This document shows, piece after piece, positions 1-9,771 of a DNA stretch of 64,000 nucleotides. Source of the stretch: a virus; IMG/VR virus record IMGVR_UViG_3300028888_000121, positions 8,313-72,312 of that record. One strand, given 5' to 3'. The translations under genes were made by a program, and so were the position numbers. The notes beneath the pieces are model-generated. The model worked only from the letters and a program-made list of their open reading frames with translations, did no database searches and had not been told where the DNA came from. Every line of letters starts with the position of its first letter. Within the stretch, counting starts at the first letter, position 1.

Positions 1-1
1 C

Positions 2-2161
2 GAGCAGAAGTTTGAAGAGTCTTGGCAGCGATGCATGACGGACAAGTTCCATCCGCCCGGACTTACGAAAGACAGCGTTGTCCAGCATGAGTATTCTCAT
101 CAGATGGACGACTACATGTCAGATGCCTTAAAGCTCCACAGCGGTAATTTTTCCACGCTGGTGATGAACGAGGTTATGTCCAAACTCGGAATGAGCAGGG
201 ACGAGTGCAAGAGAGCCGTGTCCGTATACTCCGTCAACAACAAAAGCGGCGGTGACGTCGAGTGGTTTGCGGAAGCGATGTCCGAGTATACGGGCAGCGC
301 GAATCCGAGACCGGTTGCGGTTGCGGTCGGCGAATGTGTTATGAAATACGCCCAGCAACTTCAGACGCAGCGTCATGATGCCGCTGATGACGATGGACGG
401 TGGGTCACCACAGAAAACGACCATCATGTGCATATCAATGAGGAGGGAGTCCCCGACAAGGGGAATCCTTATGTGCTTGCCACGATGCGCGGCGAGGGAC
501 CAAACCCGAAAAGCCGCGAAGAACTGGTGAGAAACCGACTCCGGAAAAAGAGCAAGCAGGTAAAGGCCCTGTTCCAGAACCTTGAAGATGCGGAACGCGA
601 CGAAGAAGCCGCATACGACGAGAGAAACAAGGCGGACAACGCACTTCGCCGCTTGAATCTGCAGCGGAAGATCGTTGAAAACGACAAGAAGATGCTTGAA
701 GACATAGGCTATGGCGAAGGCGATAAAGAGGTCATGGAGAGAGACCTTGAAGAGCTCAAATCCGAAATGGACAGCATTCTTCAAGGCAGGAGCAAGTGGA
801 GCCTCCAAGACGAAGAGAAAAAATCATTCACCGAAGTCGAAGCCAAGTACAATAAGCTTGACTTTGCGATCAAGTCTTATGACGAGTGCTATGGTCCGGA
901 TGCTTTCTCTGAGGAAAAGGTGAGTCAGGCGGAGGAACACGCAGCCAAGGCCAGACAGAGGGCCCACGACGCAACCGTGAGACGAGAGAAGGCGCACAAG
1001 GAAGCACATGCTGTTTCCGAAAAGCTGGATCAGGAGCGGTTTCTTACAAGTGATGAGAGGTCATCCGCGATTCAGGAGATCCAGCATTCGTCTACATGGG
1101 ACGGAATGTCCGAGGAGGCGAAGACGTCTGCGTTTGAAAGCCTGCAAGGGGCGTCTGATGCGCAGCTGCTTCTGTTGCAAAAGACAGCCGGTCATGTTAG
1201 AATCATGGACGGCGAAGGAAGAGTTTCTCCCTCCGGCGCTGATTCGTTCTATTCCAAAGGAACAGGGACGATCACGATGTCCAAAGAGGACATGCAGAAG
1301 CCAAGTATCCTGTGGCATGAATACGGTCACTATCTGGATGACCCGGATCAGAGCGACTGCTATTCACATAAGAAGCGGAACTTGTCCAGCGATACGGAAT
1401 ACAGGTCTTCTCTTTCACAGGCCTTGTATGATGGAAGCGCGATGCACAGCAAAGAATCCGCAGCCGATATGAATAAGCTGCTGCAGGAGTCCGGTGTGGA
1501 AGACTACACAATCGAAGAGAGTCCTTACGGACATTATCTCATTGTGAAGAATTCCGAGGGCGGTATGATAGAAGACGCCTATGATACGGCGTTCTTCAAG
1601 ATCGCATCTGCTGTGGACAGCCAGTTCAACAAGTTCCAGTTCTCCGACAGCGAGTATGACGACTACCTGAGGTCAATCGGATGCCCGCTTTCCAGCGAAG
1701 AGCCAAAGTATGGCGACTACATAGAGTTCTATTATACGCCGAAGCGGAGACTTCTCCGGGAGCGTGAGAAACACAAGGGCGCAAGAGAAGAGTACAATCG
1801 TCTGCATCGAGAATACAGAGAGAAGAGAGAAGCCGCGATTGCCAAGAACACGGACGAGTACTACGACAAAACCCGGGAATACGAGGAGCGGTGCAGGCAG
1901 CGCGAGAAAATGATCGGTCCGGTTTCGGATATCATTTGCGGTATGTTTAACGGACGCGGACCTTGGGTTTGCGGCGGTCACAGTTCGGACTATTATTCCA
2001 GAAGCACAGCACCATACAGCGAGGCAGTAGCTAACTACCACCAGATGCGTATGATGGGCTGGACCGAAGGACTCAACCTCCTGAAGTCTATTGCGCCGAG
2101 TGTCCACAACAGTCTTGAAAAAGCCTATGACGAATGGCTTTGGAGGAATGTAGACCTATGA
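2..2161 (+). CDS. large head-morphogenesis-region protein, 5'-truncated by the window edge; two HExxH motifs and a central coiled-coil/charged region
   Basis: Frame is open from nt 2, so the gene begins upstream of the window. The 708-aa ORF carries HEYSH near its N-terminus and HEYGH near aa 430. K/E/R-rich predicted coiled coil spans aa 170-330. It sits immediately upstream of the scaffold and capsid genes. Confidence 0.4.
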   Translation, partial: EQKFEESWQRCMTDKFHPPGLTKDSVVQHEYSHQMDDYMSDALKLHSGNFSTLVMNEVMSKLGMSRDECKRAVSVYSVNNKSGGDVEWFAEAMSEYTGSANPRPVAVAVGECVMKYAQQLQTQRHDAADDDGRWVTTENDHHVHINEEGVPDKGNPYVLATMRGEGPNPKSREELVRNRLRKKSKQVKALFQNLEDAERDEEAAYDERNKADNALRRLNLQRKIVENDKKMLEDIGYGEGDKEVMERDLEELKSEMDSILQGRSKWSLQDEEKKSFTEVEAKYNKLDFAIKSYDECYGPDAFSEEKVSQAEEHAAKARQRAHDATVRREKAHKEAHAVSEKLDQERFLTSDERSSAIQEIQHSSTWDGMSEEAKTSAFESLQGASDAQLLLLQKTAGHVRIMDGEGRVSPSGADSFYSKGTGTITMSKEDMQKPSILWHEYGHYLDDPDQSDCYSHKKRNLSSDTEYRSSLSQALYDGSAMHSKESAADMNKLLQESGVEDYTIEESPYGHYLIVKNSEGGMIEDAYDTAFFKIASAVDSQFNKFQFSDSEYDDYLRSIGCPLSSEEPKYGDYIEFYYTPKRRLLREREKHKGAREEYNRLHREYREKREAAIAKNTDEYYDKTREYEERCRQREKMIGPVSDIICGMFNGRGPWVCGGHSSDYYSRSTAPYSEAVANYHQMRMMGWTEGLNLLKSIAPSVHNSLEKAYDEWLWRNVDL

Positions 2162-2481
2162 TGACAGAACAGAACGAACTAATCAAGCTGTTGAATGACG
2201 GCTTCTTTAACGATGCTGAATTCTTCCAGAAAGCCTACATCGACAAAAAGGGCGTCATGGATATGGACGGCGTCACGAGGCTTTGGGAGTCTTTCCGTGG
2301 CAGAAAGTACACGATGAAGTACTATATGGTCCACGGGAACACGATCCCAACATGGGGAGTACCAAGCAGGTACAGAGACCCCGACGAAGCAGAAAAGGTT
2401 TACAAAGCCTGCCTTGAAGAAGGCGTAACTTGGCAGGAGAAGCTTAAATATAAGCCTCCGAAGTCAAACGAGGTTTGGTAA
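2158..2481 (+). CDS. hypothetical protein
   Basis: The ATG overlaps the upstream stop as ATGA. GGAGGA RBS lies upstream. A terminator follows. Confidence 0.45.
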   Translation: MMTEQNELIKLLNDGFFNDAEFFQKAYIDKKGVMDMDGVTRLWESFRGRKYTMKYYMVHGNTIPTWGVPSRYRDPDEAEKVYKACLEEGVTWQEKLKYKPPKSNEVW

Positions 2482-2502
2482 ACCGCATAATATTGTGAAG
2501 AA

Positions 2503-2531
2503 GCACTGAGCAAAAAGCTCGGTGCTTTTTT
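2503..2531 (+). terminator. rho-independent terminator
   Basis: gcactgagc-aaaaa-gctcggtgc forms a 9-bp stem with one G-U pair, followed by TTTTTT. Confidence 0.55.
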
Positions 2532-2599
2532 AATACCTGCGAGATGCTTAAAAGCGTTTTGCGAAAGCTGCACTGTTTCTTGGAAGGAGAGATGCAGAG

Positions 2600-4171
2600 A
2601 TGATACTTCACGGAGTCGTGCGCTACGACAGCATGCCCATGCCGAGAGCGTACTTCACCCCCGAAGGTTACCTGAAGGACAGGCCGATTCTGACCTCCTG
2701 CGGAATCTTCGAGTATACAAATCCTGACGGGAGCGTCAGGCGGGAGCTCCGGCTTCCGGAGGATGTTTTTTCTCCTGAAAGCCTGAGAAGTTACATCGGA
2801 AAGCCTGTTGTTCTGACTCATGAAGCGGGACTGATTGACAAGAACAACGTGGCTGAAAACCAGATTGGAACGATTCTCAGCGAGGGAGAGCGAAGTGGCA
2901 ATGACGTCAAGGCCGAGATCATCATCCATGACACGGACGCTATGAAGTCTGCTGGGCTGAAAGAGCTGAGTCTTGGATATAACCTCGATTTGGATGAAAC
3001 GCCCGGCGTCTGGAATGGTCAACGCTACGACGCTGTTCAGAAGAACATCCGCATTAACCACCTTGCTCTTGTTCGCGAGGCGCGAGCAGGAGAACAGGCG
3101 CGGCTGAATCTTGACAGCCGCGACCAAGTAAATTTGCTCAAAGGGGGAAAAAGAATGAGCAAGAAAACCAAGCGCGTTCCTCACGCTGATGCCGTTCTTA
3201 CTGACGAAGAGCTGGATAAGGCGCTTGAGGAGTACGACAAGAAGTACGGCAAGACCGAACCCGCTGCCCAGACCGATGCAGACGATGAAGAGGTTGTTAA
3301 AACCGAAGAAGTCGTCGAGCAGCCCGCCCCGTCTGATGACGTGGAAGCAACGGTCGAGGCAGTCAAAGCACGCCGCGACAAGCGCGACGAAGAGGGAGAT
3401 CCGGAAGACGTCGATGCTGCAATGGGCATGATTGCACATCAGGACGAAGACATCCAGACCCTTATTGATCTGGTGGACACCCTCCGTGCCCGTCTGGACA
3501 TGACCAAAGCCGCCAATTCCGACGAGGAAGAAGTCCCGGCTGAGGAAGAGCCCACCGAGGAAGTTCCCGAGGAAGAAGTCCAAGCGGACGAAGTTGACGA
3601 CCTCGAAACCCTGAAAGGCAACGAGGACGCAGACGACGTCGTCGAGGAAGAAATTCCTGAAGACGAAGAGGAAGAGCTTGTGACCGACGCCGACGAGGAC
3701 GAAGAGGTTATCCCCGAAGACGAGGAAAACCTTGACGAGGACGACACCGTGGACGAGGAAGAAGAGGAAGATCTGTTCGCCGAAGACGGCGAGGATTGCG
3801 AAGACTACACCGGCAAGCGTATGAACGCCGATTCGGTGGAGCGTCTGGTCAACATGAAGATCGCCCTCGGCGAACTCGGTGACAGAGTCGGAATCAAGGG
3901 CCTTGCCCGCAAGCCTGTCCGTGATGCAAAAGTCGCTATCATCCGTGCTGCCGGTCTCAAGACCCGTATGGACGGCAAGAGCGACGTCTACGTCAACGAG
4001 GCTTTCAAAGCCGCCCGTGACATCATCAAGTCTCGCAGCCGCAAGACCACTGCGGACCAGAAGAGACAGATGTACAACAAGAAAACTGCACACATGGATT
4101 CTGTTGACGGCGGATCTGCCTTCGAAGCCCGCGAGCGCATGATCGCCAAATACAACAAGGATCGCAAGTAA
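2600..4171 (+). CDS. putative capsid scaffolding/assembly protein, possibly a protease-scaffold fusion, with an extreme Asp/Glu-rich central region
   Basis: 523-aa ORF with AGGAGA RBS and a conserved-looking N-terminal ~180-aa domain. An acidic low-complexity stretch at nt ~3500-3790 is followed by a basic helical C-terminus. It lies directly upstream of the decoration and capsid genes, matching the lambda C/Nu3 position. Confidence 0.5.
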   Translation: MILHGVVRYDSMPMPRAYFTPEGYLKDRPILTSCGIFEYTNPDGSVRRELRLPEDVFSPESLRSYIGKPVVLTHEAGLIDKNNVAENQIGTILSEGERSGNDVKAEIIIHDTDAMKSAGLKELSLGYNLDLDETPGVWNGQRYDAVQKNIRINHLALVREARAGEQARLNLDSRDQVNLLKGGKRMSKKTKRVPHADAVLTDEELDKALEEYDKKYGKTEPAAQTDADDEEVVKTEEVVEQPAPSDDVEATVEAVKARRDKRDEEGDPEDVDAAMGMIAHQDEDIQTLIDLVDTLRARLDMTKAANSDEEEVPAEEEPTEEVPEEEVQADEVDDLETLKGNEDADDVVEEEIPEDEEEELVTDADEDEEVIPEDEENLDEDDTVDEEEEEDLFAEDGEDCEDYTGKRMNADSVERLVNMKIALGELGDRVGIKGLARKPVRDAKVAIIRAAGLKTRMDGKSDVYVNEAFKAARDIIKSRSRKTTADQKRQMYNKKTAHMDSVDGGSAFEARERMIAKYNKDRK

Positions 4172-4191
4172 TTAATAGGGAGGATATCCAA

Positions 4192-4680
4192 ATGAGTGCA
4201 CAGACTGTTTATCGCTTCACTACCCCTGTCGGTCAGGCCGGTGGCATTTACGACCTGGCCCCGTATGAGGTCAACTCTTTCATGAATGAATCTGCTGACG
4301 GTGCTCTGAAGTTCGGCATGGGCGTCGTGCAGGGGGCCCAGCCCGGTAAGGGCATTGCCGTTCCTACTTCCACTGCCACTGCCGCCAAGTTCGAGGGTAT
4401 TGTCACCAACCGCCGCACTTCCGAAAATGCCATGTTCGGCGGCGTCGAGCTGAATCAGCACATCACCGTTGGCGTTATGCGCTATGGCCGTATCTACGGT
4501 CTGCTGGCCGCAAACGAGACTCCGGCTTACGGTGATCCCGTGTATCTGGTCGTCTCCGGCAATGACGCCGGTTGCTTTGCGAAGACCAGCACCAACAACG
4601 TTGCTGTGAAGGGCGTGTTCCTCAGTGGCGCTCAGGACGGCATTGCGCTGATCGAGCTCTTCCACCAGGCTCAGGCGTAA
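4192..4680 (+). CDS. putative head decoration protein
   Basis: 162-aa ORF with GGGAGG RBS, placed between the scaffold and major capsid genes as lambda gpD is. The protein is Gly/Ala/Val-rich and beta-rich. Confidence 0.4.
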   Translation: MSAQTVYRFTTPVGQAGGIYDLAPYEVNSFMNESADGALKFGMGVVQGAQPGKGIAVPTSTATAAKFEGIVTNRRTSENAMFGGVELNQHITVGVMRYGRIYGLLAANETPAYGDPVYLVVSGNDAGCFAKTSTNNVAVKGVFLSGAQDGIALIELFHQAQA

Positions 4681-4709
4681 TCCGAGAATTGACAGGAGGA
4701 TAATGGATC

Positions 4710-5747
4710 ATGAAAAAGACTCACAACAAGTACGACCGTTTTGAGGCCGCTACCATCAAGCGCTCCGCAATCCCTGCGTCGCTGCTCCAGATCGAAGGCC
4801 TCGCTCGTTTCGACAGCGCAGACGCCGCTTCCATCTGGTTTGCCCGCGAACTTGACTATGTCAAGAGCGAAGCCTACGAAGCCGAATACCCCGAGCTGAT
4901 GGCCTATCAGCTCTTCCCGATCGACACCGAGGCGGATGCTGGTGCAGAAACCATCACCTACTACGTGTACGATAAGGAAGGCACTGCGAAGGTCATTGAC
5001 AACTACAGCACTGACCTTCCCCGTGCTGATGCCTTCGGTAAGCCCAGCACCGCGTATGTGAAGTCCATCGGCGTAAGCTATGGCTACAGCGCTCAGGAAA
5101 TGCGTGCTTCCCGTATGGCCGACAAGCACCTCGATGCCCGCAAGGCTGACAGTGCCCACTACCAGATCGACGCCGAGATCAACCGCATTGCATGGGCTGG
5201 CGATCCCGACCACAACCTGCTTGGTATTCTGTCCGCTGGTCAGAATGTCCCGACCTACACCATCACCGCAGGCGCCACCACCGGCCAGACCTCTTGGCTG
5301 AAAAAGGATGCTGATGAGATCCTTCAGGACCTCATGAACATGTATTCTCAGGTCTCCAAGACCACCAAGAACATCGAGCGTCCGGACACGCTGGTCCTCC
5401 CGACCAACATTCACACCGCCCTGTCCATGAAGCGTGTCGGCGACACCGCCGATACCGTCCTGACCTTCATTCAGCGCAACGCTCCGTGGCTGAAGAAGAT
5501 CGAAATGGCCGCTGAACTGAATGACGACGAAACCAGCACCAACCCCTATGCAGCCGCCTCCAACGGCTCCGGCGTTGCTCTCCTGTACACCAACGACAAG
5601 AAGAAGCTCGCGATCCACAATCCTATGGCCTTCCTTCAGTACCCGGTGCAGGTCCGCAACCTCGAAACGATCGTTCCCTGCGAAGCTCGTACCGCAGGCC
5701 TGATCATTCCTTACCCGATGTCCGCGCTGATTGCGATTGGCGTGTAA
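4710..5747 (+). CDS. major capsid protein, lambda gpE-like in size and position
   Basis: 345-aa ORF with AGGAGG RBS. It follows scaffold plus decoration and is followed by a strong terminator, consistent with a highly expressed gene. Confidence 0.65.
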   Translation: MKKTHNKYDRFEAATIKRSAIPASLLQIEGLARFDSADAASIWFARELDYVKSEAYEAEYPELMAYQLFPIDTEADAGAETITYYVYDKEGTAKVIDNYSTDLPRADAFGKPSTAYVKSIGVSYGYSAQEMRASRMADKHLDARKADSAHYQIDAEINRIAWAGDPDHNLLGILSAGQNVPTYTITAGATTGQTSWLKKDADEILQDLMNMYSQVSKTTKNIERPDTLVLPTNIHTALSMKRVGDTADTVLTFIQRNAPWLKKIEMAAELNDDETSTNPYAAASNGSGVALLYTNDKKKLAIHNPMAFLQYPVQVRNLETIVPCEARTAGLIIPYPMSALIAIGV

Positions 5748-5766
5748 TCGGCATAGAGTAACCGCA

Positions 5767-5802
5767 AGGGGCTTCTCCACCACAGGAGAGGCCCCTGTTT
5801 TT
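5767..5802 (+). terminator. rho-independent terminator after the capsid gene
   Basis: ggggcttctcc-accaca-ggagaggcccc forms an 11-bp stem followed by TGTTTTT. Confidence 0.65.
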
Positions 5803-5833
5803 CAACAGACTTTTTAGAAGGAGAGACAAAAAC

Positions 5834-6172
5834 ATGAATATTACCAATACCACTGATAGAGCAGGAAACGCCCCGAAAGTGATCGGCTTTGGAAGCAGGT
5901 TCTTTGCCCAGCCCGGTGAAACGATCCAGATCCCGGACCGCATCGCCTACTGCGACGAGTACGATGAAGACGGCAACAAGACCGGCAGAAAAGTCATTCT
6001 TCCCGGCATTCTGGCACAGGCCAAGCTCGGCATGCTGACCTACGAAGAGACCAAGGCCGCAAAGGCTGAGCCCGTCAAGGAAGAGGCTCCTGCCGAAGAG
6101 GCTGCTGCTGATGCTGCGGCAGAACCGGAGAAGAAACCCGCACGCGGAGGCCGGACCAAGAAGGCTGAGTAA
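5834..6172 (+). CDS. hypothetical protein in the head/neck module, with an Ala/Glu-rich C-terminus
   Basis: 112-aa ORF with AAGGAGAG RBS. Confidence 0.45.
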   Translation: MNITNTTDRAGNAPKVIGFGSRFFAQPGETIQIPDRIAYCDEYDEDGNKTGRKVILPGILAQAKLGMLTYEETKAAKAEPVKEEAPAEEAAADAAAEPEKKPARGGRTKKAE

Positions 6173-6184
6173 AGGAGAACGTCC

Positions 6185-6619
6185 ATGACTGCATTCACCG
6201 AAGAGGAATACACGAAGTTAATAACGATGATCAAAACCATCGGCGGCGGAGAGTTCGACTCCATGTCCGAAGAAGATTTGAAGTTCTGGATTGACTTTGT
6301 GCAGCCGATGGTGAGCAGAAAGCAGTTTGGAAACCTTTACTATCAGGCGATTACTCTGATGATCTGCCACAAGCTGAAAATGGCCGGATTCGGTGAAAAC
6401 ACACTCGGCGACCTTGGAAAGATCGGAAACGCCTATGCAGCGTCCAGTGTGTCTGACGGCGGAAGCTCTATCAGCTTTGCAAGCGCCGGTCCGGGCAACC
6501 TGCAGGCGGACGCGGAATACACCATGACGATCTACGGTACGCAATTCCTGCAACTGAGACGCATGGCGATTGTTCCGATCCACGTCTCCGGAGAGGAGAA
6601 CTTCTATGGCAGGGTTTGA
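6185..6619 (+). CDS. putative head-tail connector/adaptor protein
   Basis: 144-aa ORF with AAAGGAGAA RBS. Position follows the capsid genes. Confidence 0.35.
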   Translation: MTAFTEEEYTKLITMIKTIGGGEFDSMSEEDLKFWIDFVQPMVSRKQFGNLYYQAITLMICHKLKMAGFGENTLGDLGKIGNAYAASSVSDGGSSISFASAGPGNLQADAEYTMTIYGTQFLQLRRMAIVPIHVSGEENFYGRV

Positions 6620-7118
6620 GGCGATCTACAAACAGACAGTAACGCTGTTCAATCGTGTTCCGATAGCTCACGACAGCGGAGAGTTCATCTGGTACCCGAC
6701 TGTGCTGGAAGGTGTGCACCTTGTCACGGACGAGTCCGCATCGTGGAACAACAACGGCGGTATGAAAAACGACAATGTGCGGCTGCATATCCGGTATCTG
6801 GTGTCCGGGACCGACGCGCTGATCAAGTGCAGAAACCCGGGCGAAACAGAGGCTGTGCAGAAGAAGTACTACCTTCCGAAAGAGTACCGGCGTCTGCTGG
6901 CCCCGGAAGAGGCTATCACCTTCCAGTTTGGGAACAAGTACTACGACTTCTTCATAGAGGGCGAGCTTGACGAGGATTTTCCCGTTCCAATCAGTGATGT
7001 GTCCTTTACAAGGCAAGGATTTCTGGACTACATGAACACGCGGTACGACCATGTGTTCGTGATTACGTCAGTATCCCGATACAATCTGATCCCGCATTTC
7101 GAGATCATGGCGAGGTGA
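6606..7118 (+). CDS. putative head closure / neck protein
   Basis: Chosen ATG at 6606 has a GGAGAGGAG RBS. It overlaps the upstream gene end. Confidence 0.35.
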   Translation: MAGFEAIYKQTVTLFNRVPIAHDSGEFIWYPTVLEGVHLVTDESASWNNNGGMKNDNVRLHIRYLVSGTDALIKCRNPGETEAVQKKYYLPKEYRRLLAPEEAITFQFGNKYYDFFIEGELDEDFPVPISDVSFTRQGFLDYMNTRYDHVFVITSVSRYNLIPHFEIMAR

Positions 7119-7123
7119 TAAGC

Positions 7124-7537
7124 ATGGCGATTCTGGGACCGACTTTCAAAGACCTCACGATGAAAGACCAGTTCATGACCTGCAACATTCACTTCGCGAG
7201 ATTCAACGGAAACTTCCGGCGTGCTCAAATCTGGTTTGACAGAACGCTTGTGGAAAAGATGCAGCCCTTTGTACCACGTAAAACCGGCGAATACCTGAGA
7301 AAGATCAATCAGGAAAACGCTGGCAAGTGGGGAACCGGAAAGATCGTAACCACGGTCCCGCCTCAAGGTAAGCGGCTATATCCGGGAATCAACCCGAATA
7401 CAGGGCGACCGTTCCACTGGACGAATCCGAACACGCAGCCGAGATGGGGAACTTACACCTATGAACGCTATAAAGCTGATTTCCTCAAGGGAATCAAGCA
7501 CATCATAGTCAAAGGGGAGTATCCGAAGAATGGCTGA
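7124..7537 (+). CDS. putative neck / tail-completion protein
   Basis: ATG at 7124 follows a GAGGTGA RBS and overlaps the previous stop. Confidence 0.35.
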   Translation: MAILGPTFKDLTMKDQFMTCNIHFARFNGNFRRAQIWFDRTLVEKMQPFVPRKTGEYLRKINQENAGKWGTGKIVTTVPPQGKRLYPGINPNTGRPFHWTNPNTQPRWGTYTYERYKADFLKGIKHIIVKGEYPKNG

Positions 7538-8030
7538 GAAACAGTATCAGCAAGATGTGGATGGTTATGAAGAAGTAACCAAGGCTCTGATGAACATGGT
7601 CCGAAACTATCCAGGACTCCGCGAGGATGAGGTTGTCATGTTCAACACGGCAGAGCCGGAAAATGGGGTTACGGTGTTTGCGACATCCGGTTCGTTCATC
7701 ATGGATGACCATGAGAGCATAACCGGGCATGTTTGGCAGACCTGCCTGTATCCCTTTACGATCATTTATAGGGCTTCCGGATTGAATGAGCGCAGGAAGA
7801 TTGAAGTTCAAGAATGGATGGACACCTTCGCAAAGTGGCTTACCAGACAGCCCGTTAATATAAACGATCATACCGAGTGGCTGAGTGACTGGCCGAAACT
7901 TACGGGAAACCGGAGAATCCGACAGATCAGCCGCCAAACGCCTGTCTACCTCAGTCAGGAGGAAGACAGCAAAGTAGAGAACTGGATCATGCAGCTGCAA
8001 ATCCAGTATCTCAATGAATTTGACCGATGA
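7530..8030 (+). CDS. putative tail terminator / neck protein
   Basis: 166-aa ORF placed just before the major tail genes. Confidence 0.35.
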   Translation: MAEKQYQQDVDGYEEVTKALMNMVRNYPGLREDEVVMFNTAEPENGVTVFATSGSFIMDDHESITGHVWQTCLYPFTIIYRASGLNERRKIEVQEWMDTFAKWLTRQPVNINDHTEWLSDWPKLTGNRRIRQISRQTPVYLSQEEDSKVENWIMQLQIQYLNEFDR

Positions 8031-8042
8031 GGTGATGCAGAT

Positions 8043-8615
8043 ATGCTTGAAAGAAAATATCTCGTTCATTACGTCAAGGTGCCGACCAATGTTGACGACT
8101 ATGCGACAAAAATCGGCACCACAAACGAAAGTCAGATTCAGTGGACCTGGGTTCGCATCGGTCAGCACCTCGAAAACTTCGCTGAAGAAATGAACCCGCA
8201 GGTCGATATCCGGAAGAACATCTGGGGTTATCAGACCGCAATCCACAACGGGTATCAGGTCAGCAGCAACGTGGACACCTTCTACGAGACTGACCATGAA
8301 TCTGACAACGACTACTATCTGGACAAATTCCTCGAAGCGATCGTGCTTCATCGCTGGCAGGGTGACATGTGCAGGACCGAGCGCGTTGATGCTCGTGTTT
8401 CTCTGGATGTCATCACGGGCGGCGTGATCAGCTCTGAGGCCGGAAACCTTCTGTGGGCATGGAAAGAGGATTGCTACCTCGTTCCGCAGTCTCACGGCGG
8501 CGATACTTCCGGTGCGCAGATTCCGTTCCAGATCTCCAACCTTGGAAACAGGGAAGATGTGACGACCAAGTTTACTGTCACAAACAAAGTCATGGCAATT
8601 GCGTCTGGAAGCTGA
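8043..8615 (+). CDS. major tail protein, paralog 1
   Basis: 190-aa ORF with GAGGTGA RBS. It shares clear motifs with the next ORF: ERKYL-H, EE(M/L)NPQVD, VDTFY, W(A/V)(W/Y)KED-VPQ and GGDTSG-Q-PFQI. Confidence 0.55.
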   Translation: MLERKYLVHYVKVPTNVDDYATKIGTTNESQIQWTWVRIGQHLENFAEEMNPQVDIRKNIWGYQTAIHNGYQVSSNVDTFYETDHESDNDYYLDKFLEAIVLHRWQGDMCRTERVDARVSLDVITGGVISSEAGNLLWAWKEDCYLVPQSHGGDTSGAQIPFQISNLGNREDVTTKFTVTNKVMAIASGS

Positions 8616-8644
8616 GCTCGCTTTACATCTGCAAAGCGAGGTGA

Positions 8645-9181
8645 GTGTCTTTGATTGAAAGAAAGTATCTGGCGCATTTTATTGACGCAAATCACGTCTA
8701 CACGCTTGACGCAAGCAACCTGCCGAACAACTTCACGACTTCAACGAACTACACTCGCCTTGGCGAGCACCTTGAACAGTACAGCGAGGAATTGAATCCT
8801 CAGGTGGACGTTCACAGGAACATTCTCGGAGAGCCGTATGTGATTCATGCAGGATACCAGCCGCAAAGCTCTGTAGATACTTTCTACGTCTCGAACAAGC
8901 CTACTGACGCAAACAAAGCGCTCAGCGATTGGATTCAGAATATTGTGCTCGAACGTCTCACTGGAGACGATACGAGAACGACCATGATCGATGCAATGAT
9001 CGACATGGGTGATCCGACCGGTCTTGCTGTTTGGGCGTACAAAGAGGACGTTCTTGTCGTGCCGCAGACATTCGGCGGAGATACGTCCGGTATACAATCG
9101 CCTTTCCAGATCATCAAAGCCGGAAAGAGAGTGAAGGTGAAATTCAACCTCTCCACTCTGAAGATTACAGGATTGGCGTAG
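8645..9181 (+). CDS. major tail protein, paralog 2 (tandem duplicate)
   Basis: 178-aa ORF with a GTG start, homologous to ORF 8043..8615 along its whole length. A terminator follows. Confidence 0.55.
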   Translation: MSLIERKYLAHFIDANHVYTLDASNLPNNFTTSTNYTRLGEHLEQYSEELNPQVDVHRNILGEPYVIHAGYQPQSSVDTFYVSNKPTDANKALSDWIQNIVLERLTGDDTRTTMIDAMIDMGDPTGLAVWAYKEDVLVVPQTFGGDTSGIQSPFQIIKAGKRVKVKFNLSTLKITGLA

Positions 9182-9193
9182 CAGTATAGCTTG

Positions 9194-9223
9194 GGCCGGT
9201 TCTGATAAAGAATCGGCCTTTTA
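9194..9223 (+). terminator. rho-independent terminator after the tail tube genes
   Basis: ggccggttct-gataa-agaatcggcc stem-loop followed by TTTT. Confidence 0.5.
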
Positions 9224-9267
9224 GCTATTTGTAGGGGCAAAACGATTCAAGAGGAGGTAATTGAATC

Positions 9268-9771
9268 ATGGAAGAACGTAAAACCGCAAATCTTACGCCG
9301 GGTGAAGACGGCCTGTTCGTAGAAGACGGTTATATCAGGATACCGGTATATAACCAGCTCAAAGAACAGATTGGAACATTCAAGTTCAGCCCGACCGACG
9401 TCAACATCATCAACCGGTACAACGAAGTAGCAGATAAGTTTGGAACGGTCGTGAAACCGCTTAGAAACACAAGCATTGATCCGAACGGCGAGGCTGCGGA
9501 CGACGATTCCGTCAGGGCTCTCAATGAGGCCGAGAATGCAATGATCGAACTGTTCGACTATCTGCTTGGCACCGATTCCAGAGAAGCGTTTTTCAGTCAG
9601 GTGCACGTTTTCACGCCGGTCAACGGCAACTTCTACTGTGAGAACGTCTTCAAGTCCATAGGGGCTTATCTGGAAAAGAAATTTCAAACTGAACTTAACA
9701 AGATCGATGCCCGAATCGATAAGCATGTGCACGGGTATCGAACTGGAAGACATAGACGCGGCGACCGATGA
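9268..9771 (+). CDS. putative tail assembly chaperone
   Basis: 167-aa acidic protein with GAGGAGG RBS, in the chaperone position between the major tail protein and tape measure genes. Confidence 0.4.
   Translation: MEERKTANLTPGEDGLFVEDGYIRIPVYNQLKEQIGTFKFSPTDVNIINRYNEVADKFGTVVKPLRNTSIDPNGEAADDDSVRALNEAENAMIELFDYLLGTDSREAFFSQVHVFTPVNGNFYCENVFKSIGAYLEKKFQTELNKIDARIDKHVHGYRTGRHRRGDR

Noticed and set aside
2444-4093. 549-aa minus-strand ORF opposite the scaffold gene. Similar long antisense ORFs occur at 4671..5783, 14104..15312, 16930..18219, 19486..20751 and 42719..44620.
   Set aside because: They are antisense shadows of strongly supported + strand genes that have RBSs and recognisable families. 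Their translations are low-complexity (Ser/Leu/Val/Arg runs) and lack start contexts. High GC-skewed codon usage on the + strand produces long open antisense frames.
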